From Candidatus Hadarchaeota archaeon (lineage in GTDB: Archaea; Hadarchaeota; Hadarchaeia; Hadarchaeales; Hadarchaeaceae), in the NCBI GenBank assembly GCA_040755315.1, contig JBFMBF010000021.1, forward strand, positions 1 to 19,766: a stretch of 19,766 nt of DNA, written 5' to 3'. This document shows positions 1 through 8,981 of this stretch, one piece after another. Each line of letters begins with the position of its first letter. The first letter of the stretch is position 1. The notes beneath the pieces were generated by a model that had not been told where the DNA came from, ran no database searches, and worked only from the letters and a program-made list of their open reading frames with translations. A program made the translations under genes and the position numbers.

Positions 1-2
1 GG

Positions 3-3000
3 GCCCGCTTGGAGAGCTGGTCCGCTGCAGTGAACTCGCCGGCGAGCTGGAAGTTACTTGAGAGCTGGTCCGCTGCAGTGAACTCGCCGGCGAGCTGGAA
101 GTTACTTGAGAGCTGGTCCGCTGCAGTGAATGCTCCGCCTTACGTGGGGTGGGCCCGCTTGGAGAGCTGGAGTGGGGCTTTAACGACCTTTACGCAGTGG
201 TACAGGCTGGAGACCTGGGCTGGAAAAGTGGCGGTGACTGGCCCTGCCCCGACTCTCGTCACTCCAACAAATGGAGCAAAAATTAACGACAACACCCCGC
301 AGCTCAGCTGGGACAACACCTGGATTGCAGACAACTGGGAAATTTGGATAGACAACGATACGAACTTCAGCTCACCAATTATCGAGAACATTCCAACCAA
401 CTCGTACACCCCATCGCTATCCGACGAGAACTACTCTTGGAAGGTCCGCGGTATTAATGATGGTTTCTACTCTAACTTCTCTCAAACATGGACATTCCTC
501 CTTGACACCGTCAAGCCCGGCATCCCGGTCAAATACTCTGTCAAAACCGACAACGGAATTGACGACCCGCCGGAAAACACCATCACGAGCGACACCACGA
601 TAGAATTTGACTGGAGTGATGTCACGGACAGCTCAAACTCCCCAACGGGGGAAAATGCTGGCGCAAGATATTACGAGGTGATTATCGACAACGGCACCTA
701 CACCATCGCTGAAAACATCTCTTGGCCTACATCAATAGTCATCATCGAAGTTCCGCAAGGCGAGTGGACATGGATAGTCCGGGCTTGGGACTGGGCAGGG
801 AACGTGAGTGACAACCAAGCGCCGTGGGGTCTGATAATAGACACGACTGGGCCAGCGCCACCTCCTCTCTCTTACCCTGCAAACGGTGCCATCATCAACA
901 TTGAAAACCAGACTTTCTCCTGGAACGTTCCGCAGGAAAAATATGGAGTGGTCCTCTACGAAATCCAGCTGGACAATGACAACAACTTTGGGTCGCTGCC
1001 ATCCTTCGGCTACTACCAAATTTCTGCCCCAACAACATCCAGACTAATCCGCATTCGTGAGGGCGGTGTCCCGAAGGACGAGAATTATTACTGGAGGGTT
1101 CGCGCTCAGGACAACTCGACCAACTGGAGCGAATGGTCTACCCCATGGACACTACTGTTGGACACCCTGCCCCCATCTGTTCCGCCAAAGTTCTGGCCAG
1201 ACAACAACTATGTGTCCACAACGGCCCAACTTACATTGGAATGGACAACCGTGACCGATAACTCTCTTTCCCCAACCGGAGAAAACGCTGGAGTGGAAAA
1301 CTACCAGGTATGGGTGGACAACGACAACGACTTCAGCTCGCCCGAGAACCTTTCAATAGTCACTCACCCATCAAAAGAATACACGACGACGCTCCACGAC
1401 AACGTCTGGTACTGGCGCGTTAAGGCAATTGATAGGGCTGGGAACGCGAGCGATTACCAAGTCTACTGGAAGTTCACCATTGACAATAACCCGCCTTCAG
1501 CCCCGTCAGCCCTGCTCGCACCTGCAAACGACACAAAAACCAACGAAAACAAGCCGCTGTTCAGATGGAACTGGGTTTTTGACGTGACTGGTGTAACATA
1601 CGAAATCTGGATAGACAACGACAACGACTTTAGCTCACCTTTCCGGGACAACAGGCTGGATAACGTCTGGAACTCCGCGGACAACTACTCCAACGGCCTC
1701 ACCGACGAGAACTACTCTTGGAAGGTCAGAGTGTGGGACGGGACTGGAAAGGTTGGCGCTTTCTCCCAGACATACACCCTCCTCGTTGATACCATGCCAC
1801 CAACTTCTCCGACCTCTTCTCCACAGGATGGACTGATGACCGCTGACAACAAGCCCACGATTTCATGGAGCGCCTCTACCGACAATTCCTACTCTCCAAC
1901 CGGAGAAAACGCGGGAATCTGGCGCTACCAGATCTGGCTCGACAACGACAACGACTTCAGCTCCATAGATTACACTGGGTTCAGCTACGATGATTCTGAT
2001 TTCGACTCCTTTGACGGCGGCACCGGTTACCCAGGCGCTGGGTTCAAGGAAGAGAACTACTCTTACAAGGTGGCCGCCTGGGACTGGGCGGGCAACCGCG
2101 GAGACAACAGCCCGACATGGACATTGGTAGTAGACAAAACCAGGCCATACGCACCGCCGCTCTTGAGTCCAGAAAACAGAGCCACCATAAATCACAACTT
2201 TTCTGGAGTGACACACGACTGGGCAGATGTGGACGACGCATCGGGGATAGACCACTATCAAATTCAAGTGGACAACGACGAGGACTTCTCATCCCCACAG
2301 GACCCAATTCACGATGGATTATTTTCCCCACCACCAAACAACCTCACGCAGTCCTACGTCAGCGTGGAGTACTTTGATGGCTCAAATTCCTATGATGACA
2401 AGTACTACTGGCGCGTGAGGGCCTACGACAGAGCCGAACCAGCCATGCCGGGGGCTTGGTCAGATGTCTGGGAGCTGATTATCGACACCGTGAAGCCGTT
2501 CAAATCGACTCTGCTCCAGCCGGAAAACAACCGCATAACCACAGACAACACCCCGTACTTCACCTGGGAGAACGTCACAGACAACGCCGCGAAGACCTCG
2601 GACGTGAGCGGCTTCAGCTATTTCATCCTGCAGATAGACAACACGCCCGCCTTCACCTCGCCGCGGGTATTCACCAACATCCTGGAGAACTGGTTCACCC
2701 TCCCGACTGACAATTACCTGCAGGTTGGAAACTGGTACTGGAGGGTCAGGGCAGTGGACCGCGCCGGCAACCAGGCTGACTGGGCCGAGAACTTCAGGCT
2801 GAAAGTCAACGACCTCACGCTGTCTGTTGCGCTCTCGGACAACGACGTGAACCCCTCGCAAAGCATCACCATATCTGGCAGGGCCTACTGGCAGCCTGAC
2901 AACGCATCCGTCACAAACAGGACAGTGTTTATCTATGTCGACGACAACCTGATAGACAACGTCATGACAAACGAGAACGGAAACTACACTTACAACTACT

Positions 3001-6000
3001 CCACCGCAATCCTCGGCCTCCACACTGCCAAGGTGATAATCACTGACAACGACAACACCACCGAGGAGAATTCCATCGCCTTCAAGGTCGAGACCCTGAC
3101 GGTCTCCCTCAACCTCGGCGACTATGTGGCCAAACAGGGGCAGAGCTTTACGGCGTCCGGCACCGTCATGAGGCTGCCAGACGGAGTTCCGGAGCAGAAC
3201 GGCACCGTCCAAATTTACATAGACGACAACTGGCAGGTGACCGTAAACACTAACGAGAACGGTTATTACACCACCAACCTGAATGCCCCATCTGCGCTTG
3301 GTCCACACACTGTGAAAGTGCAGGTGTCCAACCCGAACGGCATCACCCAGGAAAACACGAAGAACTTCACCGTGAAAACGATCAGAATAAGCGTTAGCCT
3401 GTCAAAGGCCCAATCCAACCCGCTTGAGCAAATTACCATCTCCGGAATAGCAAAGCTGGACGACGGGAGCACCCTGACGCCAATCGACGGAGAGAATGTC
3501 ATAATCTGGAAAGAGTGGATGGGCGCGGTAGACAAGCAGACTCCAACAATGGCGGACGGCTCTTACTCCACGGTCATCACCGCCCCGGGTGACATCGGAA
3601 CATACATTTACAAGGTCAAAATCACAGACTACCCGGACGACATTTACGGGGAGAACTCGACTACCCTGCAAGTCAAGAGGGCGGACATAACCGCCACCTA
3701 CGCAGACAACATAGTTAACCCCAACCAAAGCAACACCGTTTCAGGCACGGCCACTCTCGTTGGAGAAAGCGAAAACACTCCGATAGAAAACACTGTTGTA
3801 ACCTTCATCTTGGAGAACAGCACCGGCCAAACTGTTGCAAGCGCGGCAGGAAGCACCAACGCCAGCGGCAACTACTCCATAGCGTTCGCGTCCCCGCTGA
3901 AGCTTGACACATACACGGGGACTGTGAGCATATCATACAGCGGCTTCTCCGGCGCCCGCCAAGCCACCCTCTATGTAAAAACCGTCTGGATATCTCTGGG
4001 CTTCACGGACAACATAGTGAAGCTCACCGAGGATTTCACGATATACGGAACGGCTACACTTATGCCGGACAGCACCCCCGTGCAGAGCCGCACAGTCAGC
4101 CTCAGGAAGGACAACAGCACCCTGCTTGACCCATCGCCGGTCACGGACGAGAACGGTTACTACTCGTACCTCTACACATTGGACGCTACAAAGCCGGAGA
4201 ATCACAGCATGGTGGCAAACATCACAGATGTCAATGGGATCACCGGCGAAAACGTCCAATTCTTCGATCAGAGGGAAATTGCGTTCACATGGTTCGGGGT
4301 CTACGACAGCCACTACCAGTTCGACAGCGTCGTGAACCCTGGCGAAAACTTCTTCCCGAGCGTCAGGATAATTGAAAACAACGGGGCCCAGCTTATCCCG
4401 GTCACCGCCACAAAGGCAGAGGACCCGTTCAGGATGCAGATAGGGGTAGGCAACACCTACACCCTCTCGCATGTGTCTAATGGCTACTGGAAGATTGTCA
4501 CCACCACCCCATACACGGCGGCGGGCACCACGGGCACCTACTCCTTCCCGGCCGCAGATGTCCAAGTGACTGGTACCAGCGTCAACGGAATACAGGGGAC
4601 ATCGGCTGACGACACAATAGTATACAATGTCAAGACGCTTAGGCTCACGGTCACCGCCAGCGACTACATCGTCAGCCCAAGCCAGACTGGCGTCTCGGTG
4701 TTGGGGACTTTGACAATCCTGCCGGACGAGAACGCGGACAACGGCCAGACCGTGAAAGTGGAATTTAATGGCGAAAACACGTTCCTGACGACAAACGCCT
4801 CCGGGAACTACTCAACCCCTGTGACCATCCCGATCACAATAGGCTCCTACGAGGTCAGGGCTAGCGTCACCGACTCCCTGGGACTTGAACAGGAAAACAC
4901 CACGACAATCCAAGTGAAGAACATCACACTGTCGCTGCTGGGTTCGACGCCAGTAGCCGAGGAGGGGGTGCCGTTCACCCTCTATGGCCAAGCCAAGCGC
5001 TGGCCCGAGGGTTCCAATGTGCAAAACACCGACGTGAAGGTCTACATTAACGACAACCTCGTGACCACCACCCAGACAGATTTCGGAGGCAACTGGTCTT
5101 ACATCCACACCTTCACGACTCGCGGGATTGTCAATGTAAAAGTTAGCCTGACCGACTCGGACAACATAAGCGTCGAAAACACGATGCAGCTCACCGTCGG
5201 CCGTCCAATCCACATTTATGGTGTTATGAAGAGCCTGGACGGGCTGCCGATAAACGCCACAATGAAGTTCTACGAGCCAGGCACTACTGAGAACCTGTTC
5301 GACATCAAGACGGACGCTTCTGGCAACTACGACAAGTGGGTGTTCGCAGGATACTTCGACTTTGAGGTGATACTTGAGAACTACGGCTTCACGATAAAGT
5401 TCGAGAACCTGAACCTTGACGACCCGAAGAACTACCCGGACGGCGAAAACGTCATCGAGAACATCGTGGAAATTGACGTTCCTCCGACTGCCTTCATGTC
5501 GGTGCCGAACACCAGGACGGTCTTCAAGTCTGTCGCGGTTGATCCACACCAGCTGTTCACAGACAACCATGAAAACCGTAAGGTGACCTTCAACTTCTCG
5601 TCCTACATCACCCAAGTCGGGGATATCTGGTACCTGCGCCTGTACAGAACAAAGCAATACACTTACGAAACAAGGCAGGTCAACGGCTGGGAAACCCTTT
5701 CCTCAAGCCTTGACATCACCCAATACACGTTAACGGCGTGGGACAACATGGCCGGGGCGATGCCAGTCGGATTTGTTATCGCGGAGTTCGACCCGCTCGC
5801 GGAAACCATAACTGCACTTGAAAACACCGTCGGGCAGCTGCAGTCGGCGTCGGAGTCCTTGAACCAGTCCGCGCAGGCGGCAGCGGCATCTGTGGAGAAC
5901 CTCCAAGCCGTCTCCGAGAACTTGAAACAAACGGTGTCAACTCTGGCCACTCAGGAAAACGTGCAGGCGCTCCAGAGCTTGGTGGACAACATGCGCCAGC

Positions 6001-8981
6001 AAGTGGACAACCTGGCCACCCAAGCCAGCATGGAGAACTTGGCAACAAATGAGAACGTGCAATCGCTCCAGCAGCAGCTCAGCTACATCAGCGACAACAT
6101 CTTGGAGCTGTACGTAAGGACAGAAAACACATCACTCCTGGACAACCTGTGGACAAGCTTTGGGAGCATGTCCCAGACTGTGGACAACCTTGCCAAGCAG
6201 GAGAATGTCGAGAACCTGCAGAAAATGCTTTTATATGCCTTCCAGCTGCTCGACAACGTCGCCCCAAGGGAGTTCTTCACAGTAGACCCGCAAAACATTT
6301 CCCTCTCGCTCCGTCAGGGAGAAAGCATCACAATAGACATGAACGTGAACAACGGGGCCTTCGTCGATCTCACCTTCACACCATCGGCAAGCGGGGATGC
6401 TGCAAACTTCCTGAGCTTCAACCCGACATCTCTGTTTGTTGCGTCCTTAACCAGCGGCAAAATAAAAGTTTCAGCGGTAATCCCGGGTTCAGCTGAAGTC
6501 AAAACATACTCCGGATGGGTGACAATAAGAGACACCACAACTGGGAGAGAAAAGGTCATCCCGACGACAATCCAGGTCCTCTCAAAGGAAAAAGGCATGT
6601 TTGACATGACGGTGGTGCCCCGGACCAGCACTTTGATGCCGGGCGGCAAGCTGATTGTCGACGTGCTGTTCAAGAACCTAGGAACGACAGATTCCGATGT
6701 AACTGGAGTCTACGTTTCCATGCTCGGGCCTGGCGGAGAGAATTTCACAGTGTATGAAAACTCCTCATTCATGGTGGCTGCAGGCGAAGTAATAACCAAA
6801 ACATACGAGTTCGAAATTCCGGAAAACGCAAGCCAGGGCAGCTATCTCGTGAGGGTGGACGGCGTTTACCCGCGCGATGGAGCAGAGATAAAGCTCTCCT
6901 CTGCAGACACCGTGGAGATACGGAGGCCGCCAGAAGAACTCAGGGTAGCCGGAATCCCGTTATGGCTGCTGATTGCAATGATAATCGGGTTAACCGTCGC
7001 CGGAATATCTGGCCACTTCGCGCGCAAACAAATGAAGAAGAGGAGCATGAAGAAGAAACGCTTCGAGGCGACCATCTTCGCGGACGAGCTGCCGAAACCC
7101 GGCCCGAACACCATAAAGTTCGGACGCCTGGCCGAGGGCAAGGCGGACGCCTTCCTGGGTCTCAACGACGTCAAGATGCACATGATGACCGCCGGCTCCA
7201 CGGGAGGCGGGAAGACCATATCATCAATGGTCATCGCTGAAGAGGCGCTGATACAGGGCAAAAACGTGATAGTCTTCGACCCGACAGCCCAGTGGACAGG
7301 CTTCCTGAGGAAATGTACCGAACCGAAGATGATGTCCCACTACGCGAAGTTCGGACTCACCGATGCCGACGCCAGGAGCTTCCCGGGCGTCGTGAAGCTC
7401 ATCAAGGACCCGAGGCAGAAGATTGACATGAAGGAACTGCTGAGCGAGGCCACCCGCGGAAAGATCACAGTCTTCGTGATCGAGAGGCTCAAGCCCAGCG
7501 ACATGGACATCTTCGTCACGAACACCGTCCAGTCCATCTTTGCCTCGCAACCCATGGAATACCCAGATCTCAAGACGCTGATAATCTACGACGAGGTCCA
7601 CAGGCTGCTGCCCAAGTTCGGCGGCTCCGGGGCGGGGCAAATACAGCTTGAGCGCTCAGTCAGGGAGTTCCGTAAGTGGGGTATTGGTGTCATGCTGGTC
7701 TCGCAGACCATCGCTGACTTCGGGGAGACAATCAAGACCAACACCCGTACGCAGATCCAGTTCTGGACCCGTGAAGAGGCCGAGCTAGAAAGAATCAAGA
7801 TGAAGTACGGTGAGGAGCACGTCAGGTCCGTCTCGAAGGCCCCGATAGGATTCGGCATGGTCGTCAACCCAGACTACAACCGCGGCAGGCCTTACTACGT
7901 GAACTTCAGGCCCATCCTGCACTCGCCGTTCAGGCTCACGCCGGACGAGCTCGAGAAGTACTACGCTGCCGACGACAGGATAGAGGACATCAAGTTCAAG
8001 CTCAAAAAGCTGGAGGAGAAGGGCGTGGACGTGTTCGACCTCCGCATAGAGCTCGGGCTGGCCCAGCGCAAGCTCGAGGAAGCTTCATTCGACATGGTCA
8101 ACGCATACCTGGACTCGCTGGAGCCGAGGGTCGACGACGTCTGCGCAAGGCACAAGCTCAAGGGTCTCAAGAGGGAGATAGAGCTGGTCCCAGAGGACGA
8201 AATCAAGAGGGCGCAGACGGCCGCGCTCAGGGAGAGGGAGAGGCAGCTCGCCGCGGTACAGAAGACACCCGAGATAGTCGAGGCCTACCGCGACCTGCTC
8301 GGCCCGAAGAAGGAGGTCACCCACGGAGAAGTTGTGAAGCCTCTCAAGGAAGGCGCCAAGGAAGAGGTAAAAACAGAGGCGCCCGCCGGGGAATCATTCC
8401 ACCCCGACTCGGAAGAGGGGAAAGCAGCTGCCAAGGCGGCGGAAGAAAAGGCCAAGGCAGAGGCGAAAAGTGCAAAGAAGAAGACAAAGACGGACGGCGG
8501 CACTCAAATTAGGAGCAGAGTGTTGAGTCAAGTAAAAGCAGGCCGTGCTTCAGGCAAACCTCTCCGAGCTGCCGACAAGAGAAAGACTGCCACAGACGGC
8601 GGCAAATACTTGACCCATGAAGTCGCGGGGCAGGCAAAAGCAAGCCCGGCGCCCAGCAAATCTTTGGCGGAAACTATCAAGAAGTCACTCTCTGAGATGG
8701 GATACACTTACCACGACTCCGAAATGGCGTCTGCTACTGAAAGAAAGAAGGGGAAGACAAAGACGGACGGCGGCAAATTCATGCCTGGCTTGGTTTCAAA
8801 GCAGGGAAAGACAAGCGCGGCCAATGGAAAATCTTTGGCTGAAATGATCAAGCGGTCCCTCTCTGAGATGGGATATACATACAACGACTCCGAAATGGCC
8901 TCTGCACCGGAAAGGAAAAAGGCAAATAAGCTCCAAAAAAGTGTAAAGGGGAGGAAACATGCCAAAAGCAGGGGGAGATGA
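3..8981 (+). CDS. Giant single-pass membrane/surface protein with C-terminal cytoplasmic HerA/FtsK/VirB4-like (DUF87/DUF853-type) P-loop ATPase; 5'-partial
   Basis: The frame is open from nt 3 and no signal peptide is visible, so the true start is probably upstream. Layout: WxxLESW repeats (1-230); about 8 FN3-like modules (YxIxxDNDxxFSSP...YxWxVRAxDxAGN, ~230-2810); Ig/carboxypeptidase-regulatory-like modules (TxxNGxY, ~2810-5780); heptad coiled coil (~5790-6260); two Ig-like domains; TM IPLWLLIAMIIGLTVAGISG followed by RKQMKKRSMKKKR (~6950-7060); Walker A GSTGGGKT (~7194-7217); Walker B LIIYDEVH (~7578-7601); REFRKWG and MLVSQ motifs (~7662-7706). Confidence 0.9.
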   Translation, partial: ARLESWSAAVNSPASWKLLESWSAAVNSPASWKLLESWSAAVNAPPYVGWARLESWSGALTTFTQWYRLETWAGKVAVTGPAPTLVTPTNGAKINDNTPQLSWDNTWIADNWEIWIDNDTNFSSPIIENIPTNSYTPSLSDENYSWKVRGINDGFYSNFSQTWTFLLDTVKPGIPVKYSVKTDNGIDDPPENTITSDTTIEFDWSDVTDSSNSPTGENAGARYYEVIIDNGTYTIAENISWPTSIVIIEVPQGEWTWIVRAWDWAGNVSDNQAPWGLIIDTTGPAPPPLSYPANGAIINIENQTFSWNVPQEKYGVVLYEIQLDNDNNFGSLPSFGYYQISAPTTSRLIRIREGGVPKDENYYWRVRAQDNSTNWSEWSTPWTLLLDTLPPSVPPKFWPDNNYVSTTAQLTLEWTTVTDNSLSPTGENAGVENYQVWVDNDNDFSSPENLSIVTHPSKEYTTTLHDNVWYWRVKAIDRAGNASDYQVYWKFTIDNNPPSAPSALLAPANDTKTNENKPLFRWNWVFDVTGVTYEIWIDNDNDFSSPFRDNRLDNVWNSADNYSNGLTDENYSWKVRVWDGTGKVGAFSQTYTLLVDTMPPTSPTSSPQDGLMTADNKPTISWSASTDNSYSPTGENAGIWRYQIWLDNDNDFSSIDYTGFSYDDSDFDSFDGGTGYPGAGFKEENYSYKVAAWDWAGNRGDNSPTWTLVVDKTRPYAPPLLSPENRATINHNFSGVTHDWADVDDASGIDHYQIQVDNDEDFSSPQDPIHDGLFSPPPNNLTQSYVSVEYFDGSNSYDDKYYWRVRAYDRAEPAMPGAWSDVWELIIDTVKPFKSTLLQPENNRITTDNTPYFTWENVTDNAAKTSDVSGFSYFILQIDNTPAFTSPRVFTNILENWFTLPTDNYLQVGNWYWRVRAVDRAGNQADWAENFRLKVNDLTLSVALSDNDVNPSQSITISGRAYWQPDNASVTNRTVFIYVDDNLIDNVMTNENGNYTYNYSTAILGLHTAKVIITDNDNTTEENSIAFKVETLTVSLNLGDYVAKQGQSFTASGTVMRLPDGVPEQNGTVQIYIDDNWQVTVNTNENGYYTTNLNAPSALGPHTVKVQVSNPNGITQENTKNFTVKTIRISVSLSKAQSNPLEQITISGIAKLDDGSTLTPIDGENVIIWKEWMGAVDKQTPTMADGSYSTVITAPGDIGTYIYKVKITDYPDDIYGENSTTLQVKRADITATYADNIVNPNQSNTVSGTATLVGESENTPIENTVVTFILENSTGQTVASAAGSTNASGNYSIAFASPLKLDTYTGTVSISYSGFSGARQATLYVKTVWISLGFTDNIVKLTEDFTIYGTATLMPDSTPVQSRTVSLRKDNSTLLDPSPVTDENGYYSYLYTLDATKPENHSMVANITDVNGITGENVQFFDQREIAFTWFGVYDSHYQFDSVVNPGENFFPSVRIIENNGAQLIPVTATKAEDPFRMQIGVGNTYTLSHVSNGYWKIVTTTPYTAAGTTGTYSFPAADVQVTGTSVNGIQGTSADDTIVYNVKTLRLTVTASDYIVSPSQTGVSVLGTLTILPDENADNGQTVKVEFNGENTFLTTNASGNYSTPVTIPITIGSYEVRASVTDSLGLEQENTTTIQVKNITLSLLGSTPVAEEGVPFTLYGQAKRWPEGSNVQNTDVKVYINDNLVTTTQTDFGGNWSYIHTFTTRGIVNVKVSLTDSDNISVENTMQLTVGRPIHIYGVMKSLDGLPINATMKFYEPGTTENLFDIKTDASGNYDKWVFAGYFDFEVILENYGFTIKFENLNLDDPKNYPDGENVIENIVEIDVPPTAFMSVPNTRTVFKSVAVDPHQLFTDNHENRKVTFNFSSYITQVGDIWYLRLYRTKQYTYETRQVNGWETLSSSLDITQYTLTAWDNMAGAMPVGFVIAEFDPLAETITALENTVGQLQSASESLNQSAQAAAASVENLQAVSENLKQTVSTLATQENVQALQSLVDNMRQQVDNLATQASMENLATNENVQSLQQQLSYISDNILELYVRTENTSLLDNLWTSFGSMSQTVDNLAKQENVENLQKMLLYAFQLLDNVAPREFFTVDPQNISLSLRQGESITIDMNVNNGAFVDLTFTPSASGDAANFLSFNPTSLFVASLTSGKIKVSAVIPGSAEVKTYSGWVTIRDTTTGREKVIPTTIQVLSKEKGMFDMTVVPRTSTLMPGGKLIVDVLFKNLGTTDSDVTGVYVSMLGPGGENFTVYENSSFMVAAGEVITKTYEFEIPENASQGSYLVRVDGVYPRDGAEIKLSSADTVEIRRPPEELRVAGIPLWLLIAMIIGLTVAGISGHFARKQMKKRSMKKKRFEATIFADELPKPGPNTIKFGRLAEGKADAFLGLNDVKMHMMTAGSTGGGKTISSMVIAEEALIQGKNVIVFDPTAQWTGFLRKCTEPKMMSHYAKFGLTDADARSFPGVVKLIKDPRQKIDMKELLSEATRGKITVFVIERLKPSDMDIFVTNTVQSIFASQPMEYPDLKTLIIYDEVHRLLPKFGGSGAGQIQLERSVREFRKWGIGVMLVSQTIADFGETIKTNTRTQIQFWTREEAELERIKMKYGEEHVRSVSKAPIGFGMVVNPDYNRGRPYYVNFRPILHSPFRLTPDELEKYYAADDRIEDIKFKLKKLEEKGVDVFDLRIELGLAQRKLEEASFDMVNAYLDSLEPRVDDVCARHKLKGLKREIELVPEDEIKRAQTAALRERERQLAAVQKTPEIVEAYRDLLGPKKEVTHGEVVKPLKEGAKEEVKTEAPAGESFHPDSEEGKAAAKAAEEKAKAEAKSAKKKTKTDGGTQIRSRVLSQVKAGRASGKPLRAADKRKTATDGGKYLTHEVAGQAKASPAPSKSLAETIKKSLSEMGYTYHDSEMASATERKKGKTKTDGGKFMPGLVSKQGKTSAANGKSLAEMIKRSLSEMGYTYNDSEMASAPERKKANKLQKSVKGRKHAKSRGR
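12..130 (+). repeat. Perfect in-frame 48-bp tandem repeat (about 2.5 copies) encoding ESWSAAVNSPASWKLL
   Basis: Unit GAGAGCTGGTCCGCTGCAGTGAACTCGCCGGCGAGCTGGAAGTTACTT starts at 12, 60 and 108 (third copy partial). Nt 1-20 also recur exactly at 151-170. Confidence 0.95.
8592..8921 (+). repeat. 171-bp (57-aa) imperfect tandem duplication in the giant protein's C-terminal tail
   Basis: TDGGK at 8592 and 8763. KSLAETIKKSLSEMGYTYHDSEMASATERKK (8658) vs KSLAEMIKRSLSEMGYTYNDSEMASAPERKK (8829). A third TDGG lies at 8490. Confidence 0.9.

Noticed and set aside
9..11. TTG at 9 as the true start of the giant ORF
   Set aside because: It lies inside the repeat array, the frame is open to the window edge, and no signal peptide follows.
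1..170. CRISPR-like repeat array
   Set aside because: Units are contiguous with no unique spacers, 48 bp long (a multiple of 3) and in frame within a coding sequence; no cas genes are present.
3..8981. Diversity-generating retroelement target or intein in the giant gene
   Set aside because: No reverse transcriptase, no adenine-specific template/variable repeat pair and no intein terminal motifs were seen in this window.
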